Origin: a virus
Taxonomy: Duplodnaviria; Caudoviricetes
Virus record (IMG/VR): IMGVR_UViG_3300025141_000103
Coordinates: 1 to 58,453 of that record
Direction: 5' to 3' (one strand)
Length of the DNA: 58,453 nucleotides
Part shown: positions 1 through 9,372 of the stretch, in pieces
How the letters are laid out: every line of letters begins with the position of its first letter
Position numbering within the stretch: the first letter of the stretch is position 1
Translations under genes and position numbers: made by a program
Notes under the pieces: generated by a model
The model's database searches: none
The model's input: only the letters and a program-made list of their open reading frames with translations
Told to the model about the DNA's origin: nothing

Positions 1-278
1 TCGTTGTAATACATCTCTGTTCTCTCTGGTTGTGTTAATCCTATTAACACGAATGTTTCATTATGATTAAGTGTTTTATTTTTAGTGAACCAATCGATTG
101 TGGTTCTGAGTATTCTGTCGTTACTACCACCTTGCAAAGATAAGTTGATATCTTTTGCCGAATATCTTTTAGCAAACAACGCAGATAGTCTATTCTGAAG
201 TCTGCCACCTCCATCTTTACTGGTGACACCCATTCCTTCCATCCAACTACATCCGTTTGAAACAATTCTTTTTATCAT
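1..278 (-). CDS. SGNH/GDSL-like protein ('GCS' paralogue), runs off the window edge
   Basis: Manual translation from ATG 278 (SD AGGA): MIKRIVSNGCSWMEG...NLSLQGGSNDRILRTT...VLIGLTQPERTE. Same blocks as the five other paralogues. Not in the ORF track. Confidence 0.8.
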   Translation of the reverse strand, partial: MIKRIVSNGCSWMEGMGVTSKDGGGRLQNRLSALFAKRYSAKDINLSLQGGSNDRILRTTIDWFTKNKTLNHNETFVLIGLTQPERTEMYYN

Positions 279-285
279 TTAATTC

Positions 286-570
286 CTATGGATGAAACAT
301 ATCCCACACGTGTTTGACAAATAACCCTACGAAACCTGTGCCTATGACACCTCTCCACCTAGACGTTGATTGTCTGAATTGTGAATTGAGTTTAGTTTCT
401 GCCCATAATCCATCATGTGGATTGAATAAATTTTCTTTAACGAACCGAAGATTCTCATCTACTTTCTGATGAGCTTTATCCATCTCGACGCGTAGCTCAT
501 CTATAGAAGACGTGATATTGTCTATCTTATTATGTATTAAATCGAATTCTTTTTTGTCTGCTTGGTTCAT
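286..570 (-). CDS. Coiled-coil protein with C-terminal hydrophobic segment (putative membrane protein)
   Basis: Heptad-like N-half; hydrophobic C-terminus GVIGTGFVGLFV; SD AGGA. Confidence 0.6.
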   Translation of the reverse strand: MNQADKKEFDLIHNKIDNITSSIDELRVEMDKAHQKVDENLRFVKENLFNPHDGLWAETKLNSQFRQSTSRWRGVIGTGFVGLFVKHVWDMFHP

Positions 571-588
571 TCCACATCCTATGTTTGG

Positions 589-1317
589 TTACTTAAATAA
601 ATATCTACACTCATCTAATTTATTTAGGTATTCTGCGAACTTTCTATGACTTTCTGGTGATGGGTGTACTTTATCTTCATAATAAGTAAGATTGTTATCT
701 CTTACCCATTCATACTCACCACCAAACTCACCACCACACCATAAATCAGGAAAATGAAACTTATCCCAATTAACTTGGTTTTCTAAATTTTTTGCTCTTT
801 TATGTTTCCCATAATAGTCTGTAAATATATCTTTGTAAGTTAAGAATAGATATGGTATCTTACGATTACTGAGAAACTCTTGCACACCTATAATATAATT
901 TAATGTTTTTAAGTAAGAATCCTCTTCTGTGTGATATGTTTTGTAATAGTTATTCCAATGTTTTTTGATAGGATTATATCCACCACTATGCAACCAATCG
1001 TCTACAGCATCTCTTCTCTCAGATATTAGATGAAACTCTTCTTTACTGACTGCTCTATCAACTCTGTCAATTCCACTCCACATAACTATTACAACTGAAT
1101 TATTCCAATGAAATTTAGAAGTATCTATTGTTTCGTATATCTTATTTGATATGTAAAAATTACCTGCTGCACCTCTACCCTTACATATGGGATTAGTATT
1201 AGTTAATCTAGCTAACTCTACTGGCCACGTTTTGTGTGGTTCTGTATATTTCCCATCAACCATTTTCTCCTCATCGTTGTCTGTGAAACTACAACCAAAG
1301 GTTAATAGGTTTTTCAT
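589..1317 (-). CDS. SGNH/GDSL-like hydrolase or acyltransferase paralogue
   Basis: TFGCSFTD, GRGAAGN, VMWSGIDR, DKVHP motifs. Confidence 0.7.
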   Translation of the reverse strand: MKNLLTFGCSFTDNDEEKMVDGKYTEPHKTWPVELARLTNTNPICKGRGAAGNFYISNKIYETIDTSKFHWNNSVVIVMWSGIDRVDRAVSKEEFHLISERRDAVDDWLHSGGYNPIKKHWNNYYKTYHTEEDSYLKTLNYIIGVQEFLSNRKIPYLFLTYKDIFTDYYGKHKRAKNLENQVNWDKFHFPDLWCGGEFGGEYEWVRDNNLTYYEDKVHPSPESHRKFAEYLNKLDECRYLFK

Positions 1318-1949
1318 TTTTTTCCTGAACGTTTAGGATTCATTAAATCTGTTTTGTCGTCTTGAACTACATCACCTAAATTATAAGTTACTCTTTCTTC
1401 TTGTTCTTCTAATGGTGTCGGACCCAATGCCTCTAACATCTTGTTACGTAACTTAACCACATTAGATGGTGTATGTAATAGCTTACCACCTGGCTTGAGT
1501 AGATAGAAACAGTTATAGCACAAGAAATATAAGTTCTCTAACTTATGGTTCTTACCATCGTTATCATAGAAACATAATAGTAACGGTGTCGTCATGTCTG
1601 ATTTTCTGTAGTCATCAAATCCACAATTACTACACTCTGATGCTAAATAACCATCTCTTAACAATCTCTCTTGTAATCTGTAGTGTGGATAGTTTGGATG
1701 TTTACAACTAAATATTCTTTTCATCGTAACTGTGCTTGAACCCTTAGGACCTTTGGATATACCAACTCCTGTTGCATTCTTATTCTGATGGAACAAGTCG
1801 TACAGTTTAGCATACTTCTTGAACGTGTTATACGATACTTGTAATAACCGAGCAGCGGACATCAATGATTTAGTTTGTGATATAGCCCATTCTATTCTAC
1901 CTTTCGGTATTGGTCTCTTACCAAACGGATGAGCACCTTGTTTAGGCAT
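1314..1949 (-). CDS. HTH plus degenerate HNH/zinc-finger protein
   Basis: SLMSAARLLQVSYNTFKKY (HTH); CSNCG...ENLYFLCYNCF (HNH-type Zn ligands, but the His residues are absent). Confidence 0.6.
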   Translation of the reverse strand: MPKQGAHPFGKRPIPKGRIEWAISQTKSLMSAARLLQVSYNTFKKYAKLYDLFHQNKNATGVGISKGPKGSSTVTMKRIFSCKHPNYPHYRLQERLLRDGYLASECSNCGFDDYRKSDMTTPLLLCFYDNDGKNHKLENLYFLCYNCFYLLKPGGKLLHTPSNVVKLRNKMLEALGPTPLEEQEERVTYNLGDVVQDDKTDLMNPKRSGKK

Positions 1950-2133
1950 TACGTCTCCTTACGGGCTTCTGCTTTGGTTGAGGTTTTCTACCTCTTTGTT
2001 TTAATGTTTTTACTTCGTGTTGTAATTCTGATATTCTTTGGTTATATCTACTAAATCTGTTAGCACTTAACAATGCCATTGACATTATACCTAACATAGC
2101 ACCACCCATTACATACGCTATAATTTCTATCAT
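1942..2133 (-). CDS. Small membrane-anchored coiled-coil protein with basic tail
   Basis: Start moved from track 2169 to ATG 2133 (SD AAGGAG); N-terminal hydrophobic helix IIAYVMGGAMLGIMSMALLS. Confidence 0.55.
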   Translation of the reverse strand: MIEIIAYVMGGAMLGIMSMALLSANRFSRYNQRISELQHEVKTLKQRGRKPQPKQKPVRRRNA

Positions 2134-2143
2134 AATATTCTCC

Positions 2144-2785
2144 TTAGTTATGGTAAGCGGTTCTTTCACTTATCCTAACTTGTTTTCCAGTCCAATCTTT
2201 TCTATTCTCTTTTGGAACAAACTCTTCTTGGTCTTCCAATGATTCATATTTTATTTCTGTAAAATCAACTGCCATCTTATCTCTCTGTATATTCTCCCAT
2301 ACCCATTTCTTCATATGAACATTTCTATCAAAACTTTTAATCTTTTCTTCGTGTTCGGGAAACATCTCTAAATACTTTGGTTTCTCTTCGTTCTCAAAAC
2401 ACCTTTCGTGCCAACTCACGAGCGGATTTCCAAACATATCAATCTGAGGGTCATTCTTATTTGGATAAATCCTATCTTCTGATTCAATCACATCCTCATT
2501 ATTTCTATCCACCCAAACAACAAGAGTTTTTACTTCGAGCTCGAAGTGCACTCCAGTTCCACGTGACAAGGTATGTATCTTATGACTCTGTCCTGGTGTG
2601 TGGAGTATAGTCGGGCATTCATATGCTTCATGAATATCTTTATTCATATATTTAAAATTTTTTAGTCTTTCATCTAACAACATACCGACAAATCTTGTTC
2701 CTGAACGTTGTGGTCCTGTTACAATTATTTTATGATATCTTAAACTAGCCACCCATTCATTACTGAAAGGTTTTCCTATTAACAT
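2144..2785 (-). CDS. Sulfotransferase-like (P-loop-related) protein
   Basis: IVTGPQRSGT resembles the 5'-PAPS-binding loop; later IKYESL motif; start moved from 2824 to ATG 2785 (TAATG overlap). Confidence 0.5.
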   Translation of the reverse strand: MLIGKPFSNEWVASLRYHKIIVTGPQRSGTRFVGMLLDERLKNFKYMNKDIHEAYECPTILHTPGQSHKIHTLSRGTGVHFELEVKTLVVWVDRNNEDVIESEDRIYPNKNDPQIDMFGNPLVSWHERCFENEEKPKYLEMFPEHEEKIKSFDRNVHMKKWVWENIQRDKMAVDFTEIKYESLEDQEEFVPKENRKDWTGKQVRISERTAYHN

Positions 2786-3015
2786 TAGTACTCGTCTAAC
2801 TTGGTGCTTTCTTCTTCCCACCATTTATATGCTCTACCAACGTATGGTTTAGCTTTAACACTAAATATTTTGTCAAATTCCTTTTCTTCTAATTGTTTTC
2901 TACTGACAAAATATAACTTAGCACCTCTGTTATTAGCAGTTGGTGTTGGCCCTTCTGTGTAATCTATTGTATCAACAACCTCATCGTTTGTTTTAAGTCT
3001 TAACTCATACTTCAT
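2785..3015 (-). CDS. Hypothetical protein
   Basis: ORF track 2785..3054; likely start MKYELRLK at 3015 by ATGA overlap. Confidence 0.55.
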   Translation of the reverse strand: MKYELRLKTNDEVVDTIDYTEGPTPTANNRGAKLYFVSRKQLEEKEFDKIFSVKAKPYVGRAYKWWEEESTKLDEY

Positions 3016-3452
3016 TCCATGATTACTCCTATTGTTTTTGAGTAGTCTAACCACTCATATTCATCAAAATACTCAGCTTTAATATAAATAGTATCACCAA
3101 TCATACTTAGTGGGATAGCTGCCCAAGCATATGCCTTAGCATCCTTTGTATAACTTGCACCATTTATCATAGGTACACTCTGACTTTCATATTCCCAACT
3201 GCCAGAGTAGAACAGAACTTTCTGAATGTTTGGGTTGTTTGTATTTGCTACAAACTTTGTTCTACTTGTTAGATTATGAACTATACCATCACTCATCTTA
3301 AAGTGATAGAATCCACGACCATCTTCCTCAAATGATTCGGAATACAGCTCAAATGTATATTCTACAGGTTTAGGTTGAAGTTCACAACCTATTAGAAATA
3401 TACTAACTACCGTTAGAACTATCTTTGTCAGATTCTTTTTTGTGTTTAACAT
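3012..3452 (-). CDS. Putative lipoprotein
   Basis: From ATG 3452 (SD TAAGGT): MLNTKKNLTKIVLTVVSIFLIGC has a basic n-region, a hydrophobic h-region and a lipobox-like LIG-C. Confidence 0.6.
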   Translation of the reverse strand: MLNTKKNLTKIVLTVVSIFLIGCELQPKPVEYTFELYSESFEEDGRGFYHFKMSDGIVHNLTSRTKFVANTNNPNIQKVLFYSGSWEYESQSVPMINGASYTKDAKAYAWAAIPLSMIGDTIYIKAEYFDEYEWLDYSKTIGVIME

Positions 3453-3567
3453 TCTGTTTAACCTTACTTTCTTTTTGTAACTTATGTTTAATTTTACTAC
3501 GAACTTGTTGACTTGCAAGTTCTTCTTCCACCTCATCCCAATCTTCCCAATTATCTACTTTTGGCAT
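3403..3567 (-). CDS. Small hypothetical protein (54 aa, acidic then basic)
   Basis: MPKVDNWEDWDEVEEEL...; GGAGAAGGAA SD; first ATG downstream of the promoter at 3589-3618. Below the track size cut-off. Confidence 0.55.
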   Translation of the reverse strand: MPKVDNWEDWDEVEEELASQQVRSKIKHKLQKESKVKQNVKHKKESDKDSSNGS

Positions 3568-3588
3568 TTCCTTCTCCCATTATAGTTG

Positions 3589-3618
3589 AATATACGAATA
3601 AAATCATATATTTGTCAA
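3589..3618 (-). promoter_or_regulatory. Class-1 promoter (TTGACA-N18-TATATT)
   Basis: TTGACA aatatatgattttattcg TATATT; one of four copies with the same spacing. Confidence 0.7.
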
Positions 3619-4434
3619 GCTTTTTCTTAAATAATCACTAAAAACTTTATGTCCTTTTGTACTTGGATGTCCGTCTGGTATAAATAAGTTTTTACGTGAA
3701 TCTTCTTCTAAATACTTTGTGATACTTGTTAAGACATTATCTCTTATTATATTCTTTCTTAAATGTTTCCATGCCCAAGATTCTCCTATATCATCATCTA
3801 ATAACATTTCTTTATCGTGTTCAAACATAAATGTATAATATGGTTTAATATTATTAACTTCACAATAGTTCTGTAATGTTGTCCAATTCCATAACGATTC
3901 TATAACATCATTAGGAGTATTTGATATGTATTTGTAATACATCTTATCTAAATAATCAGAATTATCTTCAAACATACCCTCACTTTTATGTATTAAATAA
4001 TAACCATTTCTTTTCTTATTTAAAAGCTCTTCTCTATTGTCTGGTTTAGGCATCTCTTCACCATCTTCAAAAATAATTGGATTAAAATCTCGTGGCCCAA
4101 TGTCATATTGATGTATGTCATCACGATACCATAACCATTCATCTATTTCTGTAGATTCTCTGTCAATAAAAACTTGATGTCTGCATATACCACTCCATTG
4201 AACAATACATAAAATATCTTCACCTTTTACACCCTTATCCAATAGTCTACTGAGAGCTTCGATAACACTTCTAGCAATTAACATATTACCGTTACCACCT
4301 CTACCTCTATGAAGTGAACTGAAGTCTTCAGATAAAATACCATCGGATAAAAGTTGTTGTTGTAGATATTGATTCCAACCAGGCGAATCCCACAAACTAA
4401 AACTACAACCACTTGTAACTAAAGCTTTATACAT
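3604..4434 (-). CDS. SGNH/GDSL-like paralogue
   Basis: TSGCSFS, GRGGNGN, VQWSGICR, DGHP. Confidence 0.7.
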   Translation of the reverse strand: MYKALVTSGCSFSLWDSPGWNQYLQQQLLSDGILSEDFSSLHRGRGGNGNMLIARSVIEALSRLLDKGVKGEDILCIVQWSGICRHQVFIDRESTEIDEWLWYRDDIHQYDIGPRDFNPIIFEDGEEMPKPDNREELLNKKRNGYYLIHKSEGMFEDNSDYLDKMYYKYISNTPNDVIESLWNWTTLQNYCEVNNIKPYYTFMFEHDKEMLLDDDIGESWAWKHLRKNIIRDNVLTSITKYLEEDSRKNLFIPDGHPSTKGHKVFSDYLRKSLTNI

Positions 4435-4651
4435 TCCTTATTTCCATCTTTAAGGATTCTAATGTATCTATAAATTCAGTTATTGTTAAGTCTACGTTTT
4501 GATCTGTTTTGATTGTGATTTTTGATAACATCTCTGGTGTTTCGTTCATAATTTTATACAACGCTTTTAATCCGTCACTCGGCCAAAATTTACCAAGACT
4601 CTCTTCACCTATCTCAACGTGAGAATCTTCTAATAATAAGTAGTATGTCAT
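4427..4651 (-). CDS. Hypothetical protein
   Basis: ORF coupled to both neighbours by overlaps. Confidence 0.55.
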   Translation of the reverse strand: MTYYLLLEDSHVEIGEESLGKFWPSDGLKALYKIMNETPEMLSKITIKTDQNVDLTITEFIDTLESLKMEIRNV

Positions 4652-5871
4652 AATTTGAAATCGTAACTTTTTAATGGTTTAGATTTAATTAAATCTTTTG
4701 TCTTGTGTTCTAATGTATTTATTGTAACTTCAAATATATCATGAGCAAAATTACCAACTTCATTATGTTCTTGTAATATCATTGGTAATTGAGATACAAA
4801 GTTTATATTTTCATTTGTAACTTTAGAACCATCAAACCTAACTATTATGTCATTATCTGGTTCAAGTGTGAGGTAATCTATCTTCTTTTCTAAATCATAT
4901 TCAGTTTTCTCTTGTTCATCTTTTATGTATTTATGTACACCGATTCCTATTGCATCAGAAGGCTTTTTGTCATGTCCTATCCAATCACCATAAATATTAC
5001 TACACCAGGGTTCTAATGCTCTCAATAATTCTACATTACAATTAGTTACTACCAATCCAATATTATACTTAGGTAACACTATCGGTTTCATCATAGCATC
5101 GTGCATTGGTGTAGTTCCCCACTTACGAATGAAGTTTCTCATATTTCTACTATTAGAATATTTCCATTCATCACTATCTTTACCAACACCATCTCTGAAT
5201 CTACTACCACGACTTGTCAAATGATATACGAAACCATCCCATATCTGTCTAAACTGATATCCGTTTAAATAAAATCTATTAAATATGTCTGAGTCTTCTC
5301 TTGATTGTGGAATGAATAGTTGGTCGTGTCCGTTTACATCAAAGTAATCCTCTTTGTACAAAGCCCACGGCGCAAATACTCCCTCTGTGTATTCACTTTT
5401 TGTGTATAATTCTACATCTTTGTTAAACTTCTCTTCATCAAACTCTTCAGGTTCAAATCCCAATGGTGATATTATCTTCTCTGGCCCATCTGGATGTAGT
5501 GGTGGTTCTATTCTTGTAGCACTAACTACAGTACCTCTCTCTAACCTATCCAATATCTTCTTATCCATGTCTTTTGATGGATACATATCAGCGTGAAAAA
5601 ACATAATCACATCATTAGTTGCTAACTCTTCTGCTAAGTAATCATACAATACAGTCAAACCTAATCTATCAGGACCAAAGTTTCTGTAGATGGATAGGTT
5701 CTTGTTCTTCTTCTTCTCTTCAACCATCCATTCCCAAGTTCCGTCAGTAGATGCATCATCAGCCATACAAATCTGATGTTCTTGACTACAATTCTTTCTT
5801 AATCCCTCATAAGCCCATTTTAGATATCTGAGATTATCTCTTGATGGTATTATGAAACTAATCTTTTCCAT
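4648..5871 (-). CDS. Glycosyltransferase family 2
   Basis: ISFIIPSRD, DDASTDGT, FHADM, REDSD motifs of the GT-A fold. Confidence 0.85.
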   Translation of the reverse strand: MEKISFIIPSRDNLRYLKWAYEGLRKNCSQEHQICMADDASTDGTWEWMVEEKKKNKNLSIYRNFGPDRLGLTVLYDYLAEELATNDVIMFFHADMYPSKDMDKKILDRLERGTVVSATRIEPPLHPDGPEKIISPLGFEPEEFDEEKFNKDVELYTKSEYTEGVFAPWALYKEDYFDVNGHDQLFIPQSREDSDIFNRFYLNGYQFRQIWDGFVYHLTSRGSRFRDGVGKDSDEWKYSNSRNMRNFIRKWGTTPMHDAMMKPIVLPKYNIGLVVTNCNVELLRALEPWCSNIYGDWIGHDKKPSDAIGIGVHKYIKDEQEKTEYDLEKKIDYLTLEPDNDIIVRFDGSKVTNENINFVSQLPMILQEHNEVGNFAHDIFEVTINTLEHKTKDLIKSKPLKSYDFKL

Positions 5872-6712
5872 TAAGTGCCTCTATTTCTTTTTGTATTTGT
5901 TTAGCCCATATGTCATGCTCATCTTTATTAGGATGAACTGGATAATGTTCTCTGAATGTTCTACCATCATCTCTTACATTATCTTGAATGTGATACTGAA
6001 ATGTTCTGTCGTAATCCACAAATGATGGGAATAATTCTAAATCTATTGCATTCTTCCAACCTTTTGGAATCCACCCAGCTTTCACCCAATGCTTCCAAAC
6101 CTCTTCATCTGAATAATCAGATTTTTTAGGATTAGTTGGAATACCTAATTTACCTTTTAATGCTTCCAAACCAGATTGTAGTAAACCACTATAACCATAA
6201 TGTTGGTGAGTATATGGATCCTCAAAAGCAAAAGACCTAAAGAAGTAATAATCAATATTATTAGACTTTAGGAAGTTCTGTAAAAGTATTACATTATTAA
6301 AATAATCTTGAAAAGAACCTAACTCAGACCAATGTTGTTCATAGTATGCCTTAGCCATATCTCTTTCTTGTCTCTCTTCAGTTGACTTTAAGTGATGATC
6401 CTCTTTGATACTCCAATTATTTACTGCTACCCATTTGGTTTGGAACGGACTAAAGAACTCTGGTCTATCTACTGCACCAGTCCAACCAATCAAAACAAAC
6501 ATATCATCCCACTCATCTTGATGTTCTAACAACCAATGAATTGTTACTCTTGATATTCTAGCATTAGAACCTTTCTTTATAGATAAGTTTTGCACCATCT
6601 TAAACCCAGCATTTGTAGCTAGTGTTGTTGCAAAGTTATCTTTTTTTGGATTCTTTAACTTATCACCAAAAACCCAACTACACCCATTTGTAACTAATAA
6701 TTTCTTATTCAT
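5858..6712 (-). CDS. SGNH/GDSL-like paralogue
   Basis: TNGCSWVFG, NLSIKKGSNARI, IGWT, VHP. Confidence 0.7.
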   Translation of the reverse strand: MNKKLLVTNGCSWVFGDKLKNPKKDNFATTLATNAGFKMVQNLSIKKGSNARISRVTIHWLLEHQDEWDDMFVLIGWTGAVDRPEFFSPFQTKWVAVNNWSIKEDHHLKSTEERQERDMAKAYYEQHWSELGSFQDYFNNVILLQNFLKSNNIDYYFFRSFAFEDPYTHQHYGYSGLLQSGLEALKGKLGIPTNPKKSDYSDEEVWKHWVKAGWIPKGWKNAIDLELFPSFVDYDRTFQYHIQDNVRDDGRTFREHYPVHPNKDEHDIWAKQIQKEIEALNGKD

Positions 6713-7616
6713 TGGTTTCCTTAATGTATTCTATTACATCTCTTGTTGGTTGCCAATCAAGTTGCTCTCTAGCTTCTGTGTCTGTACACAATGTCTCTCT
6801 CATTTCACCTCTCCACTCATCAACATACTTTCTTGGATAACCATCACCAAAAGCATCAGCTATCTCATTGATAGAATAGTTCTTACCTCTACCTAACTCA
6901 AACTCTTTAAAGTTATTTATTGCGTGAGTATGTGAATATCTTGAATCTAACATTGATGTATAACATCTCATTAATCCATCTACAATATCATCTACGTGAG
7001 TAAAGTCTCTTCTCTGTTCTCCATCACCTGTAATAGTTAATGGTTTATTCTTTTTGTATAAACTTTCAAATATACCAAGAACCGTACAATAATCACCATC
7101 AGTAAGTTGATGTGGTCCATAAACATTATAGAATCTACATATCGTAACAGCTAAATCATACACATTAGCATACATCTCACATAGTTGTTCACCTTGCCAC
7201 TTTGTAAATGTGTATGGATTAGAATATATGTCTCCATGTTTTGATGACGATCCTGCATAAACTACAGGTATATTTCCATTCTGTCTAGCCCACTCTAAAA
7301 TGTTTTGTGTTCCAGCAACATTACTTTCAAAAGATTGTGTTGGTGTTTTGAATGATGGTTGTATTCTTGCTCTAGCAGCCAAATGAAATATTATATCACA
7401 GTCTTCTATCATATCAGAATAATCTGTTATTTTAGATATATCTCCACCAAAGTATTTTACACCAGGGCAATCTATCTCATTCTCTGCTAAACCTGTAGAG
7501 TAATTATCTATTGAAGCTATTATATTCTCACGATATTCTACGTGGTTATTGTTACTTAATCTCTTTATTAGATTAGTTCCAATAAAACCACATCCTCCTG
7601 TTACTAATGCTCTCAT
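6705..7616 (-). CDS. NAD-dependent epimerase/dehydratase (extended SDR)
   Basis: TGGCGFIG, HLAA, YTFTK, RFYNVYGP, GDGEQRRDFTHV. Confidence 0.92.
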   Translation of the reverse strand: MRALVTGGCGFIGTNLIKRLSNNNHVEYRENIIASIDNYSTGLAENEIDCPGVKYFGGDISKITDYSDMIEDCDIIFHLAARARIQPSFKTPTQSFESNVAGTQNILEWARQNGNIPVVYAGSSSKHGDIYSNPYTFTKWQGEQLCEMYANVYDLAVTICRFYNVYGPHQLTDGDYCTVLGIFESLYKKNKPLTITGDGEQRRDFTHVDDIVDGLMRCYTSMLDSRYSHTHAINNFKEFELGRGKNYSINEIADAFGDGYPRKYVDEWRGEMRETLCTDTEAREQLDWQPTRDVIEYIKETNE

Positions 7617-8545
7617 TGTTTACTCCAAAATTTATTCCAACGACTGAGGTAATGTTCCTCTGAATATTCTTCTTCCCATCTATCTCTAGCTATCTTAGAA
7701 CATTCATCATAGAAACCTGGCTCCTCTTTCAGTCTGACTGCTAACTCACGAGCTTTATGTAAATCACCCAAGTCTACAGTCAGATTAGGATGACATATCT
7801 CTTGTGTATCTAATCCTTTGTAACCAATACAAGGAATACCATGCCAAGCACAATTCATAGCAAATGTTCCAGCAGCGTGTGTTCTCATTAAATGTATACC
7901 TACCTCAAATTGAGATAAATTAGTTACCCACTCTTTCCACAACTGATAGTTTAGATAATTTATATCTTCTATCTGATTTTCCATCTTCTGCTTTCTACCC
8001 ATTGATGGTGCATATATCTCACACTCAGGTTGAAACACACTAGCCACCATATATGAATCGAATCCACCATACCAACTAACGAAGTTTCCACCCATAATTA
8101 CTTTACCAGTTCCACCTTGACTCTTTGGTGTCATACCATCGGTTAACATTAAACTTCTCATTACAAATACAGGTTTACTTGTAATACCTCTGTAGTATTT
8201 CTTATCACTTTCATTGTGTGCGAAGATATAATCAGCTTCCATCAAATGATTATGGAAATGAAATTGATGTGTCAATGCATAATCTTGAAAATACCAATGA
8301 GGACCTTCTTGTTGGATTGCTATCTTTTTACAATGTTGTTTCAAAGGTATCATGTTTATTTCTGGATTGGTTTTAGGAACTATAACAATACCCAAGTCAT
8401 AGTCTTGTGTAAACTTTGGTGCATGAATATTGTAATGGTCAGCGTCTAATGCACTCATCCATGCAAACTCTGTTCTCATATTGTTATGGGTTGTTCTATC
8501 TATCTTACCATCAAAACCCATTTCTGTAAAGTATGCTATTTTCAT
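7613..8545 (-). CDS. Putative GT-B-fold glycosyltransferase
   Basis: C-terminal AAGTFAMNCAWHGIPCIG resembles the GT4-type donor-binding segment; start moved from 8575 to 8545 (ATGA overlap). Confidence 0.55.
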   Translation of the reverse strand: MKIAYFTEMGFDGKIDRTTHNNMRTEFAWMSALDADHYNIHAPKFTQDYDLGIVIVPKTNPEINMIPLKQHCKKIAIQQEGPHWYFQDYALTHQFHFHNHLMEADYIFAHNESDKKYYRGITSKPVFVMRSLMLTDGMTPKSQGGTGKVIMGGNFVSWYGGFDSYMVASVFQPECEIYAPSMGRKQKMENQIEDINYLNYQLWKEWVTNLSQFEVGIHLMRTHAAGTFAMNCAWHGIPCIGYKGLDTQEICHPNLTVDLGDLHKARELAVRLKEEPGFYDECSKIARDRWEEEYSEEHYLSRWNKFWSKQ

Positions 8546-9372
8546 ACGACTGCTCTTCCTTTCATTTCTTCCCAATCTCTATTTTCTCTTACCCTATCAT
8601 TGACTTTTAATACTGCTTGTAGTAGTTCCATATCACCATAACCATTTACTATTGCTGATATATCTTTTGGTAAACAATGTCCACCAAATCCTAACTCACC
8701 ATCAGGACCTGGAACAGCCCAATGTGATTTACCAAGTCTCTCATCATATGTTGCATACTCTACTACTTTATCATAGTCAATATCTATCTCATCACACAAC
8801 ATCTTCATCTCATTAGCGAATGATACCTTAGTTCCCAAGAAACAGTTAATGAAATACTTTACGGTTTCTGCATACTTTGCATTTGTCTTCACGATTGTTG
8901 CGTGTGGAAATACTTTACTATAAACCTGTCTCAATAAACTTGTTCCTCTACGAACACCACCTAATATAATTCTACTCTGATTCTTAAAGTCTTCAATGAA
9001 GTTCATCTCTGTAAGAAACTCTGGATTGAATATAACATCAACACCCTTATATTTTCTATGCAACCTATCTGTAGTTCCTGGTGGAACTGTAGATTTAATT
9101 ACTACAGTTGGTTTGGGAATGTTTGCTAAATCCACTCTATCATCTATTTTTTTTACAACACTCTCAACTATATCTGTATGACAACTACCATCTTTGTTCA
9201 TTGGTGTTGGAACACATACAAATATAACTTGACAGGTTTCAACCAAATCAGTTAATTGAATGGTAGTTTTCCAACCATCATACTTATCGTATGTTTCTAC
9301 AGTATAATGTGGTTCAAACCCAACCTTGATTGCAGTTCCCACGTAACCTTGTCCTATTATTCCTATTTTCAT
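8542..9372 (-). CDS. ugd: UDP-glucose/GDP-mannose dehydrogenase family protein (short form)
   Basis: GQGYVG, CVPTP, IKSTVPPGTT, FNPEFL, GFGGHCLPKD; start moved from 9381 to 9372. Confidence 0.88.
   Translation of the reverse strand: MKIGIIGQGYVGTAIKVGFEPHYTVETYDKYDGWKTTIQLTDLVETCQVIFVCVPTPMNKDGSCHTDIVESVVKKIDDRVDLANIPKPTVVIKSTVPPGTTDRLHRKYKGVDVIFNPEFLTEMNFIEDFKNQSRIILGGVRRGTSLLRQVYSKVFPHATIVKTNAKYAETVKYFINCFLGTKVSFANEMKMLCDEIDIDYDKVVEYATYDERLGKSHWAVPGPDGELGFGGHCLPKDISAIVNGYGDMELLQAVLKVNDRVRENRDWEEMKGRAVV

Noticed and set aside
44-265. Track ORF of 73 aa on the minus strand
   Set aside because: Wrong-frame shadow; the overlapping frame from ATG 278 encodes a clear SGNH-like paralogue.
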